20,000 nt of DNA from an uncultured virus (IMG/VR IMGVR_UViG_3300037247_000525) (taxonomy: Duplodnaviria; Heunggongvirae; Uroviricota; Caudoviricetes), in IMG/VR virus record IMGVR_UViG_3300037247_000525. One strand, given 5' to 3'. A program made the position numbers and the translations under genes. The notes beneath the pieces are model-generated. The model was not told the origin of the DNA. It made no database searches and saw only the letters and a program-made list of their open reading frames with translations. This document shows, in pieces, positions 8,041 to 15,214 of the stretch (its first letter is position 1; each line of letters opens with the position of its first letter).

Positions 8041-9171
8041 CTACTTCTCGCCGATCGGCATCATCACGTACGTGAACCCTAGGTCGAACGTTGCTGGCGT
8101 AGCGCCATCGGTGAACGCCAGCGTAACGTCCGGCAAGTCGGACGCTTTGAGGCCATCCAGGACGTAACCGGGATTGAACGCGATTTGTCCGGTTCCGGTT
8201 CCCTTCCCGGTCGGCATCAGCGTAGCGCAACCGGATCCGCCAGACGGCGATTCGATCCCGACCGCGAGTCGATCCGGGCAGGCGTCGAACGAAACTAGCG
8301 GCAGGTCTTTTTCTTCGTGTACCCGCAACCGGGCAATGGCACCCAGTAGCTCCTTGCGGTCGACCGTCACGGACACGCTGGCACTCTTGGGCATGACGCA
8401 CCGATAGTCGGGAAAGTTGTTCTCCAGCAACTGAGACACCAGGACGGTATCCCCAAAAGCGAATCGTACGGTGCTCGCACCCTGCGACAGCCCCGGACCA
8501 GCGAATTGCACGGACAGCATCGTATCCCGTTTGCCGATCGACATCCGCAGCGTTTCCGTCGTCGCGAGCGGAACGGTTTCCGCCATCGCAACGTCTTTGG
8601 CGAAAACGCGCAACTTCGAAACGGCGAGCCGACGGCCATCGGTAGCGACCAGCTGCAACACGTCATCCGCCAGCGACACGTGTACCCCGTTGATCATGTA
8701 CCGGGATTCCTCGCGAGCAGCAGCGTACCGGACTTCCCCGATCATCCGCTTGAAATCGGGGGCTGCAATGTCGAAACCCGTCGCGTCGCTTGGTAGTTCG
8801 GGAAACGAGGGGTACATTTCGGGAATGTCACCGATCAGGACGGCACCCGGCCGAGTAGCGTTCCCACCTATCAACAGGTTCGGCGATCCGCCGACGGTCG
8901 AGAGTTCCAGCGTGTCGCCCTTCGTGTATCGAAGGGTATCGCGTAGCGCCCGCGCCGAAACGAGGGCGGACCATTCCGCGCCATCGCCAATGGTCTCCAG
9001 CATCGTCCGGCTGGATAGCTCCAAGTTGGTCGCCGTCACGACCAAGCGCCCGCGCCCGTTCGATTCCAGCAGCACGTTTTCCAGGATCGGTTTCGGCGAG
9101 CGTTTCGGAGCAACGCGAGCGGCGAGCGTCAACGCTCGCAAGAGTTCCTTTCGGTCGATTGTCGTTTTCAC
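8041..9171 (-). CDS. dnaN: DNA polymerase III beta sliding clamp, phage-encoded
   Basis: 376 aa from GTG 9171 with SD AGGGGA. Motifs KPILENVLL, ATNLE, ESRYMINGV, LVATDGRRLA, FPDYRCVMP, IAFNPGYVLD and YVMMPI. Confidence 0.92.
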   Translation of the reverse strand: MKTTIDRKELLRALTLAARVAPKRSPKPILENVLLESNGRGRLVVTATNLELSSRTMLETIGDGAEWSALVSARALRDTLRYTKGDTLELSTVGGSPNLLIGGNATRPGAVLIGDIPEMYPSFPELPSDATGFDIAAPDFKRMIGEVRYAAAREESRYMINGVHVSLADDVLQLVATDGRRLAVSKLRVFAKDVAMAETVPLATTETLRMSIGKRDTMLSVQFAGPGLSQGASTVRFAFGDTVLVSQLLENNFPDYRCVMPKSASVSVTVDRKELLGAIARLRVHEEKDLPLVSFDACPDRLAVGIESPSGGSGCATLMPTGKGTGTGQIAFNPGYVLDGLKASDLPDVTLAFTDGATPATFDLGFTYVMMPIGEK

Positions 9172-9182
9172 TGTCTTTCCCC

Positions 9183-9572
9183 TTAGTTTGTTTTGGTTTC
9201 GTCTTCCGCGTCTGCCGTCGCCACGTGCTTCAACACGCAAACCCGACCCGCTACCGAAAGGTGCGGGGCCTTGTGCCATGGCAGTGCCTTGTCCCGTGCC
9301 GTTCGCTTGAGCACACCGTACGGCCAATCCTGCGCAAACCGCTCCGCTGGCTTCATTTGCTTACAGCATACGCACCGCTCGGCCTTCCGAGGCAAGACCC
9401 CCGCCGCCCTATCCCAGGGTCCATTGCTCCAGCCGTTTAGGTGTTCGTCACCGCCAGCCAGTGCCTCCCGAATCTTTTCGATCGACAACGGCAGGAGCGC
9501 CCGGAGCGCATCCCACCCCAGCGTATCGGCGAGGGCCTGATACTTCGCCTTGTGTTTTTGTTTCGCGTCCAT
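9183..9572 (-). CDS. Hypothetical protein, 129 aa
   Basis: SD AGGGGG; contains GDEHLN and CVCC. Confidence 0.7.
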   Translation of the reverse strand: MDAKQKHKAKYQALADTLGWDALRALLPLSIEKIREALAGGDEHLNGWSNGPWDRAAGVLPRKAERCVCCKQMKPAERFAQDWPYGVLKRTARDKALPWHKAPHLSVAGRVCVLKHVATADAEDETKTN

Positions 9573-9581
9573 GTTGCCCCC

Positions 9582-10466
9582 TTAGTTGGTCCGGTAGATG
9601 TAAACGGTTTCCCCATCAGGCCCATCGGCCTCGTTCTCCTCGCCGTCATAGCCAGACAGGAAATGCCCACGACCATCGGCGCCGATGGCATCTTCGGCGA
9701 GGCGATCGAAGTCATCGCCAACCATGGCGAGGATTGCGCTATTGCAATCCTCGCTTTGTGCCTCTTGCAAGATTTGCAGAACGGAAGCGGTAACGCCATC
9801 GGGAACGTACGCCTGGAGGAACGTCGGCTCGAACGCCCAAAGTGATTCGGCGATAGCTTCCGAGGCGGCATCGTCTGCCTCGGAATCAGAGCAAACGAGG
9901 AACGTCCCACCGTCTGCGTCGAACGTGTCGGCCCCGTACGTGTCGAACCGACCAGCCTCGACGTCGTCAAGCGACACGTCCAGGAAGCGCGCTAGCGCCA
10001 TCTCCTTGTCTTCGGGGTCGCCGAACCGAACGAAGAGCGCCGCCGACAATTCGAACGTTTCGTCAATCGAATCGTAGAACAATTGACGAGCTTCCAGTGA
10101 ATCGGGATCGCCTTCCTCTTTCAAGTACTCGGCGAAGCAATCCTCTTCGGCCTCAAAGGAAGCGGTTTCGTCGTCCGAAAGGTCGCCGATTGCTTCCTCG
10201 ATCCGATCCATGCCCCAAAGGTCGACCTTGCACCCTTCGCCGTTCGGCACGTCTTGCGCCATCATCTCCAGCGCGTCCGATGCTGCGTCACGGGCCGATC
10301 GCCCGCGACCGATGTAGACCGTATCGTAGTCCGTGAGCGCCACCCCAACCCCGTAGCTTTCGATGATGCCACCCGGGTGCGTGTCAACGTCGATCTTGAA
10401 AGAGCCGATGTTGTTCGTTTCGTTGTTCATCATAGCCTCTTGTGGTTTCGTGTTGTCGTTGGTCAT
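9582..10466 (-). CDS. Highly acidic hypothetical protein, 294 aa (DNA-mimic candidate)
   Basis: Hand count about 71 D/E versus about 16 K/R. C-terminus DGRGHFLSGYDGEENE...YIYRTN; SD GAGG. Confidence 0.8.
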   Translation of the reverse strand: MTNDNTKPQEAMMNNETNNIGSFKIDVDTHPGGIIESYGVGVALTDYDTVYIGRGRSARDAASDALEMMAQDVPNGEGCKVDLWGMDRIEEAIGDLSDDETASFEAEEDCFAEYLKEEGDPDSLEARQLFYDSIDETFELSAALFVRFGDPEDKEMALARFLDVSLDDVEAGRFDTYGADTFDADGGTFLVCSDSEADDAASEAIAESLWAFEPTFLQAYVPDGVTASVLQILQEAQSEDCNSAILAMVGDDFDRLAEDAIGADGRGHFLSGYDGEENEADGPDGETVYIYRTN

Positions 10467-10508
10467 GGTCTTAGCCTCTTGTCGTGTTATCGGGAGTTCC
10501 GGTGCCAG

Positions 10509-10540
10509 CCTGGAGCTTCGAAAAGGTTTGAAGCTCCAGG
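10509..10540. other. Perfect 11-bp inverted repeat (hairpin)
   Basis: CCTGGAGCTTC-N10-GAAGCTCCAGG; intergenic, no U-tract. Confidence 0.7.
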
Positions 10541-10547
10541 ACGATTA

Positions 10548-10790
10548 TCAATTGATCCTCAGCCGCGCCACGTGGCGAGCATGTAGTCGGTCCAACCTGT
10601 GGGCCATCGTCCGGGCCTTGCTGGCCCATTGTTCCGCGGTATCTGGCGAGTCCGTAACGGCCTCGCATCGGCGCCATGCTATCCACAGGACGCCAGACGG
10701 GGACACGCCTACGAAGATCCCGCGGGCGCTGGGGAACACTGGAGACCGTACTACGGTTCCCGGTTCGGTGTTCATGTTGGGCGTGTTCAT
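10548..10790 (-). CDS. Hypothetical protein, 80 aa
   Basis: MNTPNMNTEPG...; ATGA-coupled. Confidence 0.6.
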   Translation of the reverse strand: MNTPNMNTEPGTVVRSPVFPSARGIFVGVSPSGVLWIAWRRCEAVTDSPDTAEQWASKARTMAHRLDRLHARHVARLRIN

Positions 10791-11056
10791 CGGCCCTCCC
10801 CTTGCGCGACCCATTCCGCGGTCTGGTGCTGGTAGACTTGATCCCTGCGCCCGTTGTCGTAAGCGGTGTTGCTGGCGGCAATGGCCCGGGCAATGTGCTC
10901 GCTATCGTGGCCGCAGTCCGTAGTGTGGATGTAGTGGCCGTCCACCTTGAGGCACGTCCGGAAGGTCCCGGTGTAGTCGGATCGATAGACGACCGTCACG
11001 AAGCGGTCCGTGGCGAGCGCGTAGGCGGTTGTGGGTTGTTCGGTGGTCGTGTCCAT
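10787..11056 (-). CDS. Hypothetical protein, 89 aa
   Basis: MDTTTEQPTTAY...; SD GGGGAG. Confidence 0.65.
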   Translation of the reverse strand: MDTTTEQPTTAYALATDRFVTVVYRSDYTGTFRTCLKVDGHYIHTTDCGHDSEHIARAIAASNTAYDNGRRDQVYQHQTAEWVAQGEGR

Positions 11057-11060
11057 GGCG

Positions 11061-11366
11061 CTAGTTCTCCCCTCGTTTGTCGACGTTGATTCGGTCACGG
11101 TAGGGGACGTCTTCCGCTGTCCTGGCCGAACGCTCGCAGGCCCGTTGCGCATCGTCGGCCGCGACCTTGGCCGCACGTCGGCGGCGCTTTGCTTCTGCTG
11201 AGACGGTCTCCACCAAGGATTCTACGTCTAGGTCCGGGTCTGCCTCGCCCTTGCTCGCGGCAGCCTCCAGGCGATGGAGGGCGTTGACCGCGGGCCCGTT
11301 GGCGCTGCCCCGTAGCGGTCCAGCAAGGTGATCGTAGATCAAGCGTGCGTCGTCTGCGATGGTCAT
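11061..11366 (-). CDS. Hypothetical protein, 101 aa
   Basis: MTIADDARLIY...; SD GAGGAGG. Confidence 0.65.
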   Translation of the reverse strand: MTIADDARLIYDHLAGPLRGSANGPAVNALHRLEAAASKGEADPDLDVESLVETVSAEAKRRRRAAKVAADDAQRACERSARTAEDVPYRDRINVDKRGEN

Positions 11367-11370
11367 GGTC

Positions 11371-11559
11371 TTAGGCCTCCTCGGCCGTGTCGGTGTCGGG
11401 GTCCGTGTCGTCGTCGTCGTCGGCGAGCGAAGCAAACCAACAGGCCTCGCACAGGAGGGCCCCAGATTCGCTCTCAATGATCTCGGACGAGGGAAGGGGC
11501 TCTAGATCCGTGAGGCAGCCCCCGAAGCAATACGTGGCATTCTGATGGATTTGAGGCAT
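11371..11559 (-). CDS. Small acidic Cys-containing protein, 62 aa
   Basis: MPQIHQNATYCFGGC...LCEAC...DDDDDTDPDTDTAEEA; SD GGAG. Confidence 0.6.
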   Translation of the reverse strand: MPQIHQNATYCFGGCLTDLEPLPSSEIIESESGALLCEACWFASLADDDDDTDPDTDTAEEA

Positions 11560-11561
11560 GG

Positions 11562-11717
11562 TTAGGCTCCGAGGCTGGCAACGGCCAGCGAAAGGAAGTA
11601 GAACGGCACCACACCAAAGGCCAGCCCCAGGACCGTCAAGCGGACCATGTAGTTTTCCCAGGCGGCGGAGATGATCGAGGCGGCGGTGTGCTGGCGAGTG
11701 TTTTTTCTGGTCGTCAT
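11562..11717 (-). CDS. Small membrane protein, 51 aa (not in ORF track)
   Basis: Manual translation MTTRKNTRQHTAASIISAAWENYMVRLTVLGLAFGVVPFYFLSLAVASLGA*; TATGCT 5 nt upstream. Confidence 0.6.
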   Translation of the reverse strand: MTTRKNTRQHTAASIISAAWENYMVRLTVLGLAFGVVPFYFLSLAVASLGA

Positions 11718-11970
11718 GCAAGAGCATACCCCACGATTCCGGTTTGTGTCGCTTTAGCCTCTGTGTAAACGCAAAAACGGCCGCGCTTGGCTCCAAACTT
11801 CCCACGCCAACGAATGCACGGTCAATCTCACGGCGAGACAAACCGCCGCCCCATGTCATGGGCGTTTCAGAAAAGCAGACAGCTGTCCACCATTCAAGGC
11901 TTCCGCCGATCCTGCCGATGACCTTCCGCCGCTCCCGTGCGGCCGGTGGTCCGGTCCAGCCACATTTGGC

Positions 11971-12127
11971 GGGTTCCAAGTTGAGGCACCGTTCCAAGTT
12001 GGGCCGCGCCGTTCGACTTTTTTCGGTGGTTCCAAGTTGGACTTTTTCACGTGGTTCCAAGTTGGCGGTTTTCAGCTGGTTCCAAGTAGGGACCGCCGTT
12101 CGATTTTCTCAGCTGGTTCCAAGTTGG
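11971..12127. repeat. Six-copy direct repeat array, consensus GGTTCCAAGTTGG
   Basis: GTTCCAAGT at 11973, 11991, 12029, 12054, 12079 and 12116; spacers contain T-tracts and CGCCGTTCGA twice. Confidence 0.9.
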
Positions 12128-12136
12128 AGATCGTAC

Positions 12137-12174
12137 AAAAAGGGGGCCCGACAGCCCATGAACTGTCGCGCCCC
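12137..12174 (-). terminator. Intrinsic terminator
   Basis: Minus strand GGGGCG-CGACAG-ttcatggg-CTGTCG-GGCCCCC-TTTTT, downstream of the lysis-like cluster. Confidence 0.7.
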
Positions 12175-12224
12175 ACGCAGACCCGCACCCGCGTCGACAT
12201 AGCATACGCCAAAGCTGGGTCTGT

Positions 12225-12524
12225 TTACACCGCCAGGGCCAGGGCCTTGGCCCCGATCGACAGCGCCCCGAGGATCATGCCGCGCAGTTCCAAGTCGGCG
12301 GCGTCAGCGACAGCCGCCGTTGCGATTCCGGCCTTCATGGCCACGTTGTCGCGCTCGGCCATCAGGGCCATGTCGAAGCCCGGCTCGTCGATGATCGAGG
12401 CCAGGAAGAGCATGCGCCGTCTGGCGTAATCTCCGGCCTCGTCGGTGCGCTCGGTCAAGGTGACGCCCAATCGGCTGGAAGTGGATTCCAGTAGGGACTT
12501 GAATTGGTTGGCGATTCCGTTCAT
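12225..12524 (-). CDS. Hypothetical protein, 99 aa, hydrophobic C-terminus
   Basis: SD GGAG; ends GMILGALSIGAKALALAV. Confidence 0.7.
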   Translation of the reverse strand: MNGIANQFKSLLESTSSRLGVTLTERTDEAGDYARRRMLFLASIIDEPGFDMALMAERDNVAMKAGIATAAVADAADLELRGMILGALSIGAKALALAV

Positions 12525-12927
12525 GTTCTTGCTCCAGTTTCAAAAAGGCTTGTGTAAACATCCGCAGCCGTTCGCGCAGCGATTCCGCCACGCCCGGCCC
12601 AATCTCCCCGCGCGACCGACGCCGCAAGATCCCAAGCTCGGCCGTGGCCCGCAGCCGGGCCCAGTCGACCATCAGGACGCCTTGAATGTCGCCGGCGTCC
12701 AGCGCGGCGCTCATGCGCTGCTGTTGTGTTCGCACGTCGGACGCACCGTCCACGGTCAGGCCGGCGATGCCCACGTTGACGTCAGCCGAGATCCCAGTCC
12801 ACGCCATGCTCATGGCAGGGACCAGGATGTACTCGCGGGCCTTCAGCCCAGCACAAGCCACGGAGAGGAAGAGGGCCGAGAACGCGGCCACGTTCAGCAC
12901 TACTTGTGCCAGCGTGAGGCGCCTCAT
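12304..12927 (-). CDS. Putative lipoprotein/exported protein (C-terminal extent uncertain)
   Basis: MRRLTLAQVVLNVAAFSALFLSVAC looks like a signal peptide with lipobox-like Cys; ATGA-coupled to the holin-like frame; last about 73 codons overlap the next gene. Confidence 0.6.
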   Translation of the reverse strand: MRRLTLAQVVLNVAAFSALFLSVACAGLKAREYILVPAMSMAWTGISADVNVGIAGLTVDGASDVRTQQQRMSAALDAGDIQGVLMVDWARLRATAELGILRRRSRGEIGPGVAESLRERLRMFTQAFLKLEQEHERNRQPIQVPTGIHFQPIGRHLDRAHRRGRRLRQTAHALPGLDHRRAGLRHGPDGRARQRGHEGRNRNGGCR

Positions 12928-13184
12928 TTGCCGCCCCGCTGCGCGGCCTGCATCCTCAACAGGGTAGCCTGCTCCGAGGCGCTGGCCTGGGCCGCTATCT
13001 CGGTGCGCTTGACGTTGGCGCGGTTGAGGCCGTAGCCGGCCGTGACCAACGCGGCGGCAACGATGCCAGTCACCTGTGCCCACTACGCCGTGGAGTAGAT
13101 GGCCGCCACTGCGCCGCCGATTGCGACGATCATGGCCAGCCAGAATTCGGTCGTCTTCAGACCAGGTCGGGTGTTGTTCATCAT
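12924..13184 (-). pseudogene. Two-TM holin-like gene interrupted by in-frame TAG at codon 34 (pseudogene or readthrough)
   Basis: MMNNTRPGLKTTEFWLAMIVAIGGAVAAIYSTA*WAQVTGIVAAALVTAGYGLNRANVKRTEIAAQASASEQATLLRMQAAQRGGK*. TAG at 13083-13085; both ends ATGA-coupled to neighbours. Confidence 0.7.
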
Positions 13185-13288
13185 GCAAAGAAAGGGTAGA
13201 GGATGATTGCCCAGATGGGCAACGAAATGCCGATGGCGAACAGCCAACCGGCGGAAGGTCTCATGTGCGTGTCGATGCGTAGGTTCAC
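13181..13288 (-). CDS. Small single-TM protein, 35 aa (not in ORF track)
   Basis: GTG start, MNLRIDTHMRPSAGWLFAIGISLPIWAIILYPFFA*; GTGA and ATGA overlaps on both sides. Confidence 0.6.
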   Translation of the reverse strand: MNLRIDTHMRPSAGWLFAIGISLPIWAIILYPFFA

Positions 13289-13506
13289 GCCTGCTTCGCG
13301 CAGTCTTCACGGACGACGACGCCTGAGTCCAGGAACTCCCAGGGGGTGATCTCTCCATCGCGCAGCTGCTGCTTCAGCCGGCGCGTTCGCGCCTTGCGCT
13401 GGTACTTCTCGGGCGTGGGCGCCGGCTCCGACAGCATCTCCATGTTGACCACCACCATGCCGTTGGGGCCCTTGCAGGGCCAGAACTTGTACCTTGGCTT
13501 TCCCAT
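13285..13506 (-). CDS. Hypothetical basic protein, 73 aa
   Basis: MGKPRYKFWPC...; starts 1 nt after the upstream stop; SD GAGGA. Confidence 0.65.
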   Translation of the reverse strand: MGKPRYKFWPCKGPNGMVVVNMEMLSEPAPTPEKYQRKARTRRLKQQLRDGEITPWEFLDSGVVVREDCAKQA

Positions 13507-13507
13507 G

Positions 13508-13987
13508 CTAGTCCTCGTAGCCTCGGACTTCCAGTTCCTCTTCCAGCTCCGCAATTTCTGTCCCCGCCTCGTCCAGCTCGCGCTTCAGCGCCTGCTCGCG
13601 GGAGTGAGCGGCGGCAAGGTAGCCAGCGCGGTTGATGATGTGGTTCGACTCAAAGTCGGCAGTTCCAAGCGCGCACGCCACGCGCTTCAGTAGTGCAGCG
13701 TCTGCGTCGTAGTCGCCGCGCATCATGTCGATGATCGCGTAGTAGCGATCGGCCGCGGCGCGGATTGTGCGTAGCCGGGCAAGCGCCTCGTCCTCGGTCT
13801 TCAGCGTGCGAGTCCCGCCCATGTTCTCGTGCAGCTTGCCGATGAACTCCAGCATGGCGACGTCCTTTTGGTTGAGCGCCTCAGCCATCACCTCGATCTG
13901 GGTCTGGTGCTCGTGCAGGCGTTCACCCATGTCGACCACTTGGGCCTCCATGGCGTCGATGGTCTTGTTCAGTTGGAAGAATTTCAT
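13508..13987 (-). CDS. Coiled-coil hypothetical protein, 159 aa
   Basis: Heptad-rich; ATGA-coupled to the GGDEF gene. Confidence 0.75.
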   Translation of the reverse strand: MKFFQLNKTIDAMEAQVVDMGERLHEHQTQIEVMAEALNQKDVAMLEFIGKLHENMGGTRTLKTEDEALARLRTIRAAADRYYAIIDMMRGDYDADAALLKRVACALGTADFESNHIINRAGYLAAAHSREQALKRELDEAGTEIAELEEELEVRGYED

Positions 13988-14481
13988 GCGTTTGCTTTCC
14001 AGTCGGCCTTGCGCCGCTCTAGCGCCTGATCGGCGCGGTTCATTTCGTCAAGCCAATTCGTGCCCGGCGCAACGTGCGCCACGGCACCGATGGCGCGCAC
14101 CTGCGTGCCATCCGAAAGTGTAAACGTTCCCACGGCGTGCTCGATGCGGTCGCGGACGATCAAGGCAGCAGCTGCCTTGATCCGCGGCAACACCACGGCA
14201 AACTCGTCGCCGCCGTGCCGGAAGACCGCGTCCCACCCGCCACCGCGGATCGAAGCACCAACCCGTTGCAGCAGCGTGTCTGCCCCGAAGTGGCCCAGGA
14301 TCGAGTTGGCCCGCTTCAGGTTCGTCATGTCCAGCAGGACCACGGCGAACGGCGTGCCGTCCAGGGCCGCACAATGCTCCCTGAAGGCCCGGAAGTTGCC
14401 TAGCCCCGTCAGGGCGTCAGTCCGGCTGCTGGCCATCAGGCGCACGATCTGGTCTTCGTAGTGCTGGCGCAGGTCCATCAT
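13984..14481 (-). CDS. Stand-alone GGDEF diguanylate cyclase, 165 aa
   Basis: DALTGLGNFRAF, LLDMTNLKRANSILGHFGAD, FRHGGDEFAVVL and NRADQALERRK. Confidence 0.9.
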   Translation of the reverse strand: MMDLRQHYEDQIVRLMASSRTDALTGLGNFRAFREHCAALDGTPFAVVLLDMTNLKRANSILGHFGADTLLQRVGASIRGGGWDAVFRHGGDEFAVVLPRIKAAAALIVRDRIEHAVGTFTLSDGTQVRAIGAVAHVAPGTNWLDEMNRADQALERRKADWKANA

Positions 14482-14615
14482 CCCATCATCCCCCGATGAA
14501 AGGCCCATCCGATGTTGCTGAAGAGCCAGTCCAGGAAGATCACTACGCCATAGACCACTAAGCCCAGGCAGAAGAACGGCAGCAGCACCGGCGACAGTAT
14601 GATCTTGGAAAGCAT
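14478..14615 (-). CDS. Small membrane protein, 45 aa
   Basis: MLSKIILSPVLLPFFCLGLVVYGVVIFLDWLF...; coupled on both sides. Confidence 0.6.
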   Translation of the reverse strand: MLSKIILSPVLLPFFCLGLVVYGVVIFLDWLFSNIGWAFHRGMMG

Positions 14616-15214
14616 CACGCCTTCTCCTTCAGTACCTTGGCCAGGGCCTTCACGGCCTCGACGACGTTGGCGCCCTCTTCGCTTTCGGCCAGCGCGGACT
14701 TGATCAACAGGTCGCGCGCTTCCTTCTTCATGGCGCCCACGCGCAGGTCGCGAGACCGCGCGGCCTTCAGGGCCCATAGGGCATGCAGCCAATGCTTCGC
14801 TAGTTCCTTCGCACGCGGCGACAGGGGAACGTCCACGCGAAGACTGGCACGCGCCTCGTACGACATCTGGTGGTCGGCGAACACTACCTGCGCGGTGTCG
14901 CCGGAATCGTCGCCGTTTTCATACATGCGGTACGTGCAGGTGGTATTCAGGGAGCTGGCATCTTTGCCGACGGCCTTCAGCATGCTGGACAGCGTCAGGC
15001 CGTGCACGCTCATGGCGCTGCGGATCACGTCCTGTCGGAACAGGTCGCGTGCCTCGATCACCCGGGCCTCACACCGCTCCACGTCGTCGGCGCACTGCAC
15101 GATCATGTCGGCGGCGACGAGCTTCACGGCGTCGGCGCGGGTCAGCTTGACGGCTGCCACTGCTTCCGGTGGCACGTCCACGGACTCTTCGATTTCGTGC
15201 TTGTGGGTAGTCAT
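14615..15214 (-). CDS. Hypothetical protein, 199 aa
   Basis: MTTHKHEIEES...; TGATG-coupled. Confidence 0.75.
   Translation of the reverse strand: MTTHKHEIEESVDVPPEAVAAVKLTRADAVKLVAADMIVQCADDVERCEARVIEARDLFRQDVIRSAMSVHGLTLSSMLKAVGKDASSLNTTCTYRMYENGDDSGDTAQVVFADHQMSYEARASLRVDVPLSPRAKELAKHWLHALWALKAARSRDLRVGAMKKEARDLLIKSALAESEEGANVVEAVKALAKVLKEKA

Noticed and set aside
9172..9327. N-terminal extension of DnaN (428 aa)
   Set aside because: It overlaps the upstream gene; GTG at 9171 has an SD and gives a typical clamp length.
9366..9371. TATGCT box on the minus strand
   Set aside because: It is inside a CDS (CVCC codons) with no nearby start; probably chance.
11371..12060. 229-aa ORF spanning the repeat array
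   Set aside because: Better explained as non-coding repeats plus a promoter, a 51-aa ORF and a 62-aa ORF with its own SD.
11971..12127. CRISPR mini-array
   Set aside because: The repeat is only about 13 bp, spacers are roughly 5-25 bp and similar to each other, and no cas genes are present.
12928..13188. N-terminal part of the 294-aa ORF 12304-13188
   Set aside because: It is an off-frame reading of the holin-like gene; the signal-peptide start is at 12927.
13193..13198. TACCCT as a -10 box for the holin-like gene
   Set aside because: It lies inside the coupled 35-aa ORF and lacks the G-rich upstream context of the other boxes.
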